The notes under the pieces: model-generated
Database searches by the model: none
Seen by the model: the letters and a program-made list of their open reading frames with translations, nothing else
Told to the model about the DNA's origin: nothing
Translations under genes and position numbers: made by a program
In this document: positions 30,955 through 39,787 of the stretch, one piece after another
Position numbering within the stretch: position 1 is the stretch's first letter
Layout: every line of letters begins with the position of its first letter
DNA from: an uncultured Acidobacteriaceae bacterium
Lineage (GTDB): Bacteria; Acidobacteriota; Terriglobia; Terriglobales; Acidobacteriaceae
DNA length: 64,000 bases
Assembly (NCBI GenBank): GCA_963849815.1
Contig: CAWKIR010000012.1
Location: forward strand, 41,169-105,168
Direction: 5' to 3'

Positions 30955-32226
30955 CTATTCGTACCTTAGCGCCTCGGCCGGGAGCACACTGGCGGCGGAC
31001 CACGAGGGATAAAGCGTTGCGATGAAGGAGACTCCGATGGCGACGAGGGCCACGAGCAGGCCGTCGACGGGCCGCGGCGCGAAGGGAACATAGTCGATGG
31101 AGTAGACCTCGGCGGAGAGTGAGAGCAAATGATAATGCCCGCCGGCCCAGGAGAGCGCGAAGCCGGCAATCAGGCCCAGCGCGGTTCCGATCACGCCGAT
31201 GAGGATTCCCTGATACATAAAGATGCGGCGAATTTGCCTGCGCTTGGCGCCCATGGAGACCAGCACGGCGATGTCACGGGTCTTTTCCATCACCATCATG
31301 ATCAGCGAGATGAGGATGTTGAGCGCGGCCACGAAGACGATGAGACCGATGGTGATGAAGGTGACGACGCGCTCCAGGCGCAGAGCGTGGAAGATGGCGC
31401 GGTTCTGCTCCATCCAGTTGGTTGACATGAAGCCTTTGCCGGCGGCGTCTTCGAGTTGCTGGCCGATCTCGCCGGCCTTGTAGATGTCGTCAACTTTGAA
31501 TTCGAGCACCGAGACTACGTCGCTGAGATCGAAGAGGCGCTGGGCGTCGGAAAGACGAATGAACGCCCAGGTGTTGTCGTAGTCGAAGAAGCCGGAAGCA
31601 AAGACGCCGGTGACTTTGAAGCGCTTGTACTTGGGAACGATGCCGAAGGGCGTGAGTTCGCCCTGCGGGCTGGTGACGGTGACGACGGAGCCCACCGATG
31701 CGCCGAGTTCGTCGGCCAGATCTTTGCCGAGGACAACTGGTGGAAGAGTGGATTGAGGCGCGGTCGTCTCATTGCCGGCGGCGGGCGATTGGGATGGATT
31801 TTCATCCAGAGCTGCGGCGGAACCTTGCTTCACCGTGTCGAGGATGGTGCTGACCTTGCGCTCGTCGGCGGGAATTATGCCCTTCAATATGCCGCCTTGG
31901 GCGCGGGCACCGCGCGAGATCAGCACCTGCTCATAGATGGCGGGAGCTCCGGCGATGACGTGGGGCTGTTTTTCCAGGCGCGCAAGCAGCGGCTCCCAGT
32001 TGCGGATGCCGTCGCTCTGGATGCGCAGCAGGTTGATGTGCGAGGTCGAGCCCAGCAGGCGGTCCTGAAGGTCCTGGCGAAAGCCGTTGTTGATGGCCAG
32101 CGCGATGATGAGCGAAGCCACGCCCGCCGCGACTCCGATGATCGAGATAACGGTGATGACGCCGATAACAGCCTGACGGCGTTTGGCCCGGAGGTAGCGC
32201 GCGGCTATGAAGAGTTCGAATTGCAT
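30955..32226 (-). CDS. Lipoprotein-releasing system permease (LolC/LolE family, FtsX-like)
   Basis: N-terminus MQFELFIAARYLRAKRRQ, a periplasmic MacB-like domain and a C-terminal FtsX-type TM bundle. Confidence 0.85.
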   Translation of the reverse strand: MQFELFIAARYLRAKRRQAVIGVITVISIIGVAAGVASLIIALAINNGFRQDLQDRLLGSTSHINLLRIQSDGIRNWEPLLARLEKQPHVIAGAPAIYEQVLISRGARAQGGILKGIIPADERKVSTILDTVKQGSAAALDENPSQSPAAGNETTAPQSTLPPVVLGKDLADELGASVGSVVTVTSPQGELTPFGIVPKYKRFKVTGVFASGFFDYDNTWAFIRLSDAQRLFDLSDVVSVLEFKVDDIYKAGEIGQQLEDAAGKGFMSTNWMEQNRAIFHALRLERVVTFITIGLIVFVAALNILISLIMMVMEKTRDIAVLVSMGAKRRQIRRIFMYQGILIGVIGTALGLIAGFALSWAGGHYHLLSLSAEVYSIDYVPFAPRPVDGLLVALVAIGVSFIATLYPSWSAASVLPAEALRYE

Positions 32227-32239
32227 GCGTAAGAGCCTC

Positions 32240-32268
32240 TTCACCACAGAGGCGCACAGGACACAGAG
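32240..32268. repeat. CAC(A/G)GAG-type short repeat cluster
   Basis: ttcaccacagaggcgcacaggacacagag belongs to the same word family as 44702-44735 and 58402-58556. Confidence 0.6.
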
Positions 32269-32280
32269 TTAGCTTTTATT

Positions 32281-32871
32281 CTACCGAAGGAGGCGGGGAA
32301 TGACGGCGGGAACCTTGCGGCGGTAGGCACGATATGGGTCTCCGAAGCGGGCTTCGAGTTCGCGGTCTTCGAGCGCGATCATCAACGTGCCGGTGACGAT
32401 CGCGAAGGCCGCGAGAGCGTACAAGGCGATCAATCCGGTGCCGAGGCACCAGCCGAGGACCTCGCACAGGTGTCCGAGATAGATAGGATGGCGCACGCGG
32501 GAGCGAATGCCGGTGGTGATTAGTACCTGGCGATGCTGGGTTGGCTCCAGTTCAGCCAGGCCGGAGACCTGGATGCGGTCGAAGCTCTTGAAGGCGGCCG
32601 AGTAGATGGAGAAGCCAGTCCAGAACAGACAAGCTGCCGGTATCCAAGGGACCCAGGTCGTGTAGTAGTGCGCATGGCGAAAGGGCCAGGCGAGCAGAAA
32701 TGCAGCAGCGATGAAAGCGGCCCAGGTGGGCAGGATCGAAGCATAGGCTCGGCGGCCTTTATTACGCCAGCGTGCGATGAAAGGATGGATTGCGAGCCAG
32801 AACAACGGGATGGTGCAATAGACGGAGCAGACCAGCAGAGCAAGAAGGTCGATGGCGGAGTGCAGAGTCAT
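32281..32871 (-). CDS. Isoprenylcysteine carboxyl methyltransferase (ICMT)/phospholipid methyltransferase family membrane protein
   Basis: Multi-TM protein with the C-terminal signature RVRHPIYLGHL..EDRELEARFGDPYRAYRRKVP. Confidence 0.75.
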   Translation of the reverse strand: MTLHSAIDLLALLVCSVYCTIPLFWLAIHPFIARWRNKGRRAYASILPTWAAFIAAAFLLAWPFRHAHYYTTWVPWIPAACLFWTGFSIYSAAFKSFDRIQVSGLAELEPTQHRQVLITTGIRSRVRHPIYLGHLCEVLGWCLGTGLIALYALAAFAIVTGTLMIALEDRELEARFGDPYRAYRRKVPAVIPRLLR

Positions 32872-32880
32872 AGCATCAGA

Positions 32881-33070
32881 GGCGAAAGCGGATCCCTCGT
32901 CGGCCTGAAGAAACAGTTGTCAGTAGCCAGTTGTCGGTTTGCCGGCAAGGACGTCCCGTCCCTGCACGACCATTTTTTCGAGCTGCCAGCGAAAGCAGAT
33001 CCCTCGTCGGGCTGAAGCCCTCCTCGTGATGACAATATAGGTACGGCAACGGCGCGGCTAAAGCCGCGCC
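32881..33070. repeat. Composite intergenic repeat region
   Basis: Two copies of gcgaaagc(g/a)gatccctcgtcgg(c/g)ctgaag (32881, 32989). Heptamers cagttgt-cagtagc-cagttgt (32914-32934). Hairpin ggcgcggc-taaa-gccgcgcc (33051-33070). Confidence 0.75.
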
Positions 33071-33122
33071 CCTTCAAAGCGCGCGAATTCGAGCACTTCT
33101 AGAATGAACATATGTCGCTAGC

Positions 33123-35471
33123 TTAGCGCCTCGCCGGTGCGGTCACCACCACCTTGCCGACTCCCATGTTGTCGAAGCGGTCGTAGACGCGCACGATGAT
33201 GGTGTGCTCGTCGGACGTGGCGGCTTGAACTGAGGACTTGGCTGTGGTTGCTGATGGGGCATGCGCCTCGTCCTGCGGCGCCGGCACAGTGAATTCGTAG
33301 CTTTCGCTCCTGGAATCGGAAATCTGTCCGACGGGTTCGATCGTCTGCGCCTCGCCGGCATCGATGGAGTATTCGGCGTGGCTGATGGGCGAGAAGCTGT
33401 CTACAGCGCGGAAGGTGACATGGATTTTGCCGCCGTCGGCTTTGGCATGCAGCGACTCGATCTGCGGTGGGGTGTTGTCGACTTCGAAGTGCGCACTCGT
33501 CGCTTCGCCGGTCAACGCGTCCTCGGCGGAATGCGAAGGCGCGTCGGAGGCGACGACGCGGATGGTGTAACCGCCGTCGGGAAAGATATCGGAGTCGAGA
33601 TTGAGGAAGCGCTCTGCGACATTCCCGCGCAGTAGCTTCCAACGCGTCTCGCCATCGCCGCGGTAGTAAACGTCGTAGGCCAAGGTGTCATCGTTGTCGT
33701 CGTGCGCACTCCACTTCACGGCGATGGAATGCCGGTCCTTCGTGATTGGCAGCGGAGATTCGTAGGCAGCGGCGGCTGAGCCTTCCGGCTCGGTGTGCGG
33801 GCCCGCGGGTATGCGCGAGCCGACCATTACGGTTACGTTGTCCACCTCGGGAGCGACGTTCCGGGGCAGATAGTTGACGATGACACTGTCGATTACAGGC
33901 ATGTGGCCGCTGGGCTGGAGTACCGCCTTCCACTGGATGAAGCGCGCCGGCGGCGCGTCAATGGGAAGGTCCTTTTGCAGGTCGACTGGCTTCCAAGGGC
34001 TCCAGTTGCGATCGGGATTGTCGACATTGCCGCTGCGCGCGAAGAGCTGAAAGTTGCCGCTGCCGCGGACTTCCACGCGTCCCCACTTGGAGACATTTCT
34101 GGCATCGAAGACATCGCTCTCGTAAGCGCCCTCGCTCATCGGGCTGGAGCCGAGAAGAAAAACCTTCCCCAGATTGCTGGTGGCCGCATAGAGGCCGCCT
34201 TGGGGAGCGGGAGCGAAAGCGGTGACCTGGTTGGCACTGGCCTCGGCGAGGTCGGTGTATTCGCTGCCAACGATGGCATAGATCTTTCCGCGATTGCCGG
34301 TGCCGGCCAGCAGCCGGCCCTGGTGATCGAAGACCAGCGCGTAAACCAGATCGTCGTGCGATGACCAGATAGTCTTGGGCGAGCCGTCGGGCGCGAGAAG
34401 ATAGACCTCCGAGCCGCCGAGGTTGGCGATGTTGGGAGGCGCGCTGATCACCGGCGTTGAAGGCGCAGCAGGCGCGGATGGAGCAGTTGAAGCGGCGGTT
34501 GCGGGCGGCGGAGCGGTTACGACGATGCCTAGGCCTGCGAGGGGAATGCCGGCGGGCGGAGTTGATCCGCGCTTCTCGCCGGCGCCGGCGGCGTAGATAT
34601 TGCCTTGTCGATCGACGGCGAGCGCGGTGATCTCCTTCTTGGGCGCGCTATAGAGAACGAAGCCTTCGCCCTGGTACGAGATGCGATAAATGAGGCCGCT
34701 GCCGTCAGTGCCCGCGATGAGGTTGCCGAGCTGGTCGAAGTCGAGTGCGCGAATCTGGGCTTCGTCGCTTTTGAAGAACAGGCTGCCGTTGCCGTTGCGA
34801 TCGACGCGGAAGATTTCGCCGCGATCGCCTGTGCCGATGTAGAGCTGGCCTCGACGATCGAGGGCCAGAGTCCAGATGTATTTCGTCTTGGGATCGAAGA
34901 GAACGCTGGCAGTGTAGCTGGGATCGACATCAACGGACGGGCGCGGTTTCTCGCCGGGATTCGTCCCTTCCTGCGCGGCGGCAACTTCGGCGGTGGTGTG
35001 CGAGCCTTCGGGCGCCTTGCCGGGAGCGGGGCCGCCGTGAACCAGCTTGTAGACCTTGCCGTCGGGCGAGGTCGCGGCGTAGATGGCGCCGCTGTTGTTG
35101 TCGACCACCAGGGCCTGCACCTGAAGCTCCTGCGGGGCGAAGATGATGCGCGCCTTGCCGTCAGGTGTGAGCTTGTACACACGCGCAGGAGAACCGGCCG
35201 CCGCGTAGACGTTACCTGCGGAATCGGCGGCGACGTCCCAGATGTATGTGGAAGGCGAGGTGTAAAGCGCGCTGAAGGCGGGCGCGAGGGTGAGGTTGCC
35301 ATCGCTGCTGATGGCGACGCCGTGAGCCGTGCCCTTCTCGAAGTCGTCAAACTTGGTTTGTTCCCAGGTACGGGTAGTCTGGGCCCAGCAGGGGGCGATG
35401 GTTAACACGCAAACGAGGGAAAGACCGACCCAAGCAAAGGCGGTCTGGGTGGGGCACCCGCGCAATTTCAT
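33123..35471 (-). CDS. Large secreted beta-propeller repeat protein with Ig/FN3-like C-terminal region
   Basis: Signal peptide from ATG 35471 (MKLRGCPTQTAFAWVGLSLVCVLTIAPCWAQ). Recurring blades (GNVYAAAGSPARVYKL, GAIYAATSPDGKVYKL, GQLYIGTGDRGEIFRV, GNLIAGTDGSGLIYRI, GNIYAAGAG..). The ORF extends to 35504. Confidence 0.65.
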   Translation of the reverse strand: MKLRGCPTQTAFAWVGLSLVCVLTIAPCWAQTTRTWEQTKFDDFEKGTAHGVAISSDGNLTLAPAFSALYTSPSTYIWDVAADSAGNVYAAAGSPARVYKLTPDGKARIIFAPQELQVQALVVDNNSGAIYAATSPDGKVYKLVHGGPAPGKAPEGSHTTAEVAAAQEGTNPGEKPRPSVDVDPSYTASVLFDPKTKYIWTLALDRRGQLYIGTGDRGEIFRVDRNGNGSLFFKSDEAQIRALDFDQLGNLIAGTDGSGLIYRISYQGEGFVLYSAPKKEITALAVDRQGNIYAAGAGEKRGSTPPAGIPLAGLGIVVTAPPPATAASTAPSAPAAPSTPVISAPPNIANLGGSEVYLLAPDGSPKTIWSSHDDLVYALVFDHQGRLLAGTGNRGKIYAIVGSEYTDLAEASANQVTAFAPAPQGGLYAATSNLGKVFLLGSSPMSEGAYESDVFDARNVSKWGRVEVRGSGNFQLFARSGNVDNPDRNWSPWKPVDLQKDLPIDAPPARFIQWKAVLQPSGHMPVIDSVIVNYLPRNVAPEVDNVTVMVGSRIPAGPHTEPEGSAAAAYESPLPITKDRHSIAVKWSAHDDNDDTLAYDVYYRGDGETRWKLLRGNVAERFLNLDSDIFPDGGYTIRVVASDAPSHSAEDALTGEATSAHFEVDNTPPQIESLHAKADGGKIHVTFRAVDSFSPISHAEYSIDAGEAQTIEPVGQISDSRSESYEFTVPAPQDEAHAPSATTAKSSVQAATSDEHTIIVRVYDRFDNMGVGKVVVTAPARR

Positions 35472-35540
35472 TCTTAATCCGATATGTAGCGACGTGCGGC
35501 TCAAGCTCCCACGATAAGGAAAAGGCCCGATCAGCGCAAT

Positions 35541-35659
35541 GGCGCCCGCTCAGGTCCACGGGGTGAGGGCCGTACCGTCCTGAAGGGACTCCGGGTTCTT
35601 TATCGACCTACCCAGCGTTGAAACGCCGGGCTAAGTTATGTCGCGCCTACGGCAGTCGG
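35541..35659. repeat. Dispersed intergenic element, copy B1
   Basis: gggttctttatcgacctacccagcgttgaaacgccgggctaagttatgtcgcgcctacggcagtcgg plus upstream g(c)gcccgctca.. aligns with B2, B3 and copy A. Confidence 0.8.
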
Positions 35660-35710
35660 ATAAGGCGAGATCAAGAGTACATCGACTACGTTGTGCTGTA
35701 ATGTGGGGGT

Positions 35711-35899
35711 ATGGCAAACGCACAGGTTAATGTTGACGACCTGATGGCTCGGAAGATTTTGTTGCAACAGCGAATCGAGGGCTACCGGGCGAGCTTGTCG
35801 ACAGTTTCCGGACCGTGTAGCAAGTCGTCGCTGCGCCGGCAAATGGAAGAATGCGAGATGGCGCTGGAGCAGGTCCGCTCGGAACTTGGAGAAATCTAG
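35711..35899 (+). CDS. Candidate small coiled-coil protein (62 aa) bracketed by repeat elements
   Basis: Heptad-like sequence (DDLMARKILLQQRIEGYRASL..RRQMEECEMALEQVRSELGEI). The SD is weak and there is no recognisable family. Confidence 0.35.
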   Translation: MANAQVNVDDLMARKILLQQRIEGYRASLSTVSGPCSKSSLRRQMEECEMALEQVRSELGEI

Positions 35900-35903
35900 C
35901 TGG

Positions 35904-36130
35904 GTGCCCCGCTCATTCGCGTGAGAACCATGCCGCCCCTACGGGGTCCGAGCTCTTTATGATCCTACCTCGCGTTGAAAAGCTGGGCTAAGTTATGTCG
36001 TGCCTACGGCACTCGGGTTCTTTAAAAACTCTACCCAGCACTCCGCTTCGCTGCGTGCCGGGCTAGATTATTTCGCGCCTGCGGCGCTCGGATAAAAAAT
36101 TGCACCTGACCCAGCACTCCGCCTCCCACT
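35904..36130. repeat. Dispersed intergenic element, copies B2 and B3 in tandem plus a partial fourth
   Basis: B2 is 35904-36016 and B3 is 36015-36091. The partial copy ctgacccagcactccgcctcc lies at about 36105-36130. Confidence 0.8.
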
Positions 36131-36349
36131 CCAATTCGCGCAATCACCCCCTTCCTCACATCGCGCCAAGCGGGGTTGTAGTCGAGCTAACATGCTGAAA
36201 AATAGTAGGTTAAGCTATACTTTTCGGCATAAGGCTTCGACAGCAAAAAGCGAAAGCGACCTCGCGTTCTTGTTCCACGTGGAACATTTTTTCAAGAGAA
36301 AGGCGGCGGAGTTCAGGAGCGACGGTGGAAGGCGAAACGGCGATGGTCC

Positions 36350-38134
36350 CTACTTGATCCTCAGAGTGATGATCTGGGAGCCGGAGACGACGTAGTCGAC
36401 CGGAGTTGCGGCTTCATCGACCGCGGACTCTCCGACGACGATCATGTCCTGAGAGCCGCGAAGGCCGTCCATCACGTTCATCACGGAGAGCGGGAGCGTG
36501 GGCATCACTTTGTCTTCGACCATGGCTTGCGGGTTGGCTTCCAGCAGCGAGACGTAGACCTCGGAGTTGGTGTGCTCTTTGTTGAGCAGCGCGATGGTGG
36601 AACCGAGGTCGAGATGATGGCTCATGGGACCGGAAACGCGATGCATCTTGTCGAGGGTGTCGCCGTCGCTGACCAGAATGTGCAGAGTGCCGCGCGGCGT
36701 TGAGGTAGGAATCTTGACGGAAATGTTGCGCAGGATACTCTCGCCGCGATAAGGCTTCAGCAGCGCTTCGATGGTGATCTCATCGCCGGGTCGCGCTTCG
36801 GTGACGTCGGTGCGGGCCGTTTCCAGTCGCGCCGAGCGGCGATCAGGCACGAGATCGAAGTTCAGCTCGACGCCTTCGATTTTCGGCGTCTCATAAGGGT
36901 TCTCGAAGATGCGGCTGAAGTGCTCGCCGATGGAGAGTGCAATTCCATAAGCGGTTGGGGTCGAGCCGTCGGCCGGAGCGAACATGTTCTTCACGCTGAG
37001 CTTGGGATAACCCAACACCGTGATGTCGCCCTGGAGGCGAAAGGTGGTGTCCTCGCCGTATTCGTTCATGCCCTGAATCGCATTGAACACCGTCGCCATC
37101 ATCGCGGCGGGAGTAATCTTTGCGTTGTTCAGCACTTCGTAGTGAAACTGCTTGGGATGGGAAACGCCCCGGAAGGTCAGGGTCACCGGAATCATCTGCG
37201 GTTGCCGATCGAAGCGTCCCATGATGCCGGCGCGACGGTCCTGAACGAAGGCGCCAACCGGCTCGGTGGTGTTTACGATTTTGAAGGAGTTCTGCGGCGA
37301 GGGCAGAGTCGCCAGCACCGTCGCTTTCGTCATGGGCATGTCGACGTTGCCGGACTGGAGAAAGGGATGTCCGCAAGCCAGCAAGTGAGTGTCGTCCAGA
37401 TAGGTGACGGTGCAGGTTCCGGCGATATTCATATCGCCGCGCACCAGAATTGCGCTGACCGCCGACCCGGGTTGCAGCGGCTCCGGCTGCTTGTCATTGC
37501 TCACCGAACCGGCGCCCATCACCGGCACAACTCCCGCCGACGCGAAGTCCTTGGCGAACAGCCGCAGCGTGTCCGGACTGAATCCGCTGAACACCAGAGG
37601 CGTTTCGATCGGCTTCAGCAGATTGGCGTATCCCGCTTGCGCATCCTCCGCGCTCGCCAAGCCTGGCCCTGACGTCCGGCTGACCAGCTCTTCATCGTGT
37701 CCCACATTGTGGGACACGTCGGTCAGCGGCGTTTTGTCCAGGGAGTCGATCTCCAGCATCGACGCGGCCGGGGTGATGCCGCAGATCGGCTCCTTGGAGA
37801 ATTCCCCGATGCGATACGCGATGGCGCCCACCAGCTTGCCGTCAATGTAGACCGGACTGCCGCTCATGCCCGCAACCACCCCGGTATATTCCACCTTCTT
37901 GCCGTGCAGACGCGCCAGGATCACGTCGGCCTGCGGCCCCGCCATATCGCGCAGCACGCCCAGAATTTCCACCTCCATCGGCTCCGGCGTCACCCCTTCA
38001 AAGACGGTGTAGGCCACTCCACGCATGCCGGTTTTCACCTGCTCCTCGGGCATGATCTGGACTTTGGGTTCAGCGGCAAAGGCGGCGAGGGAGATCAGGC
38101 AGACGGCGAGTGACACCAACCTGTGGCGAAGCAT
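36350..38134 (-). CDS. SpoIVB/S55-like serine peptidase domain protein, secreted
   Basis: Signal peptide MLRHRLVSLAVCLISLAAFAAEP. The segment GVVAGMSGSPVYIDGKLVGAIAY matches the S55 (SpoIVB) catalytic Ser region. A long C-terminal domain follows. Confidence 0.7.
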   Translation of the reverse strand: MLRHRLVSLAVCLISLAAFAAEPKVQIMPEEQVKTGMRGVAYTVFEGVTPEPMEVEILGVLRDMAGPQADVILARLHGKKVEYTGVVAGMSGSPVYIDGKLVGAIAYRIGEFSKEPICGITPAASMLEIDSLDKTPLTDVSHNVGHDEELVSRTSGPGLASAEDAQAGYANLLKPIETPLVFSGFSPDTLRLFAKDFASAGVVPVMGAGSVSNDKQPEPLQPGSAVSAILVRGDMNIAGTCTVTYLDDTHLLACGHPFLQSGNVDMPMTKATVLATLPSPQNSFKIVNTTEPVGAFVQDRRAGIMGRFDRQPQMIPVTLTFRGVSHPKQFHYEVLNNAKITPAAMMATVFNAIQGMNEYGEDTTFRLQGDITVLGYPKLSVKNMFAPADGSTPTAYGIALSIGEHFSRIFENPYETPKIEGVELNFDLVPDRRSARLETARTDVTEARPGDEITIEALLKPYRGESILRNISVKIPTSTPRGTLHILVSDGDTLDKMHRVSGPMSHHLDLGSTIALLNKEHTNSEVYVSLLEANPQAMVEDKVMPTLPLSVMNVMDGLRGSQDMIVVGESAVDEAATPVDYVVSGSQIITLRIK

Positions 38135-38315
38135 ACTTCTTGGTTCCTTCTTTCCTTGCCTCGATCCGGCCCCAGAAACCGGCAATCGCGGCTCTGCCAA
38201 TACCAATACGGAGACATATCCGTCTAACCGGAAGCAGGTTTCTGCTGTCCCTGCGAAACCGATGGTGTAAAAGTGGATTTATACTAGCAGACAGACAGGC
38301 CGATGAGGCACTCTG

Positions 38316-39665
38316 ATGTATTCTAAAAAACACCTTGAGGAAGCTCTGATTAAGTCGGGTTTTGAAGGGGACGGCCGTCAGGCCCTCCGCAAATACCGCA
38401 ATACCAACGCGGCTTCAGCCGTTGAGGGGCTTCGCCTGGACGGGATCAGACTTTCCCTTAAGATTCCGCGTAATTCACCCAATGTTCTTGGCGTCGGTCG
38501 CGTCGCGCTTATTGCCGTGTTGGTAGTCATCTGGTTGGGCGCCACGCCGGGCTATGCCCAATCCGGCAGCAGCGACCAAAGCGGCCAATCGCAGCCCAGC
38601 CAAAAACAGCAGGACCAGATGCCGGCCGAAGCCGGTGGTCCCGGTGGCGAATCCGGCTCCATCGCGGTGCCCAAGAAGAGTTCTTCCGAAGAGCCGCCTC
38701 CACCTCCCAGGCCCAAGCCCGCTGACAATCCTGAATTCTCGCTGCACGTTGACGTTCCCGTGGTCACCGTCGACGCCCATCTCATATCCAAGGATGGCCG
38801 TCCCCTGGCCTTGCCGCTCGACATTGCCGAGCAGCACTTCAAGGTTTTCGAAGACGGCGTGCCCCAGAAGATCATCTCCGTTACCAAGAGTAAGGCGCCG
38901 ATTACGGCGGTGCTGCTGGTGGAGTTCGCCGCCACCAACTACAACTTCATGTACGACGCGCTCAACTCTTCCTATGTGTTCGCCTCCACCTTGCAGCCGC
39001 AGGATTGGGTGGCTGTGGTCGAGTTCGACATGAAGACCCACGTTCTGGTGGACTTCACCCAGGACAAGCAGGCCATCTTCGGCGCGCTAAACTCGCTGCG
39101 CATCCCAGGGTTCGCCGAGACTAACATTTTCGACGCGATCTATGACACGCTCGACCGCCTGGATCGCGTGCCCGGACGCAAGGAACTGGTGGTGGTCGCC
39201 AGCGGCCGCGACACCTTCAGCAAACTCACCCTGGACCAGACCCTGAAGAAGATCAAGACCACCCCCAACATCACCATTTACACCATCTGCACCGGCGAAG
39301 CCTTCCTGGAGCGCGTGCAGGCGATGGGACCCAATCCCGAACGAAACTCCCCCATGATGGATTATCTCCAGGCCAAGAATCAGATGGCGGCGTTTGCTCG
39401 CATCACCGGTGGTCGCAGCTACTCTCCGCGCCAGATGGGCGAATTGCCTGACATCTTTCGCGAAGTCGCGCAAGCCATTCGCGATCAGTACACCATCACC
39501 TATAAGCCCACCAACGTGAAGCAGGACGGCAGCTATCGCAAGCTGAAGGTCGAACTGGTTGGTCCCGACGACAAGCCGTTCCTCCTCAGGGACGAAAAGA
39601 ATAAGGACATCAAGTACACCATCGTCGCCCGCGACGGCTACACCGCGAAGCACGAGGTGGAATAG
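38316..39665 (+). CDS. VWA domain protein (acidobacterial VWFA-related type, TIGR03436 from memory)
   Basis: TM/signal segment VALIAVLVVIWLGATPGYAQ, a Pro/Ser-rich linker, FKVFEDGVPQKI, then a VWA-like core (AVLLVEFAATNY..RKELVVVASGRDTFS..ITIYTI). The start is uncertain. Confidence 0.75.
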   Translation: MYSKKHLEEALIKSGFEGDGRQALRKYRNTNAASAVEGLRLDGIRLSLKIPRNSPNVLGVGRVALIAVLVVIWLGATPGYAQSGSSDQSGQSQPSQKQQDQMPAEAGGPGGESGSIAVPKKSSSEEPPPPPRPKPADNPEFSLHVDVPVVTVDAHLISKDGRPLALPLDIAEQHFKVFEDGVPQKIISVTKSKAPITAVLLVEFAATNYNFMYDALNSSYVFASTLQPQDWVAVVEFDMKTHVLVDFTQDKQAIFGALNSLRIPGFAETNIFDAIYDTLDRLDRVPGRKELVVVASGRDTFSKLTLDQTLKKIKTTPNITIYTICTGEAFLERVQAMGPNPERNSPMMDYLQAKNQMAAFARITGGRSYSPRQMGELPDIFREVAQAIRDQYTITYKPTNVKQDGSYRKLKVELVGPDDKPFLLRDEKNKDIKYTIVARDGYTAKHEVE

Positions 39666-39787
39666 GTTCGCCGGTGGTCGCTTTTGGAGCGCTTGGTAAG
39701 GTGCGACTTGACAGGCTGCTGATGAAGTCGGTTCCGGCGAGTTTTGAAGGAACGCACCTTTAGAGCCCGCCCTGGGCGTGCCGAAGG

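Noticed and set aside
34529-35405. 273-aa (minus) and 266-aa (plus) ORFs overlapping the beta-propeller gene
   Set aside because: These are alternative or antisense frames of a repeat-rich GC-rich gene. The translations are low-complexity Ala/Arg/Pro/Ser-rich.
36192-36395. 67-aa plus-strand ORF overlapping the 3' end of the S55 peptidase gene
   Set aside because: It overlaps a supported gene, spans the palindrome and T-tract, and has no SD or motif.
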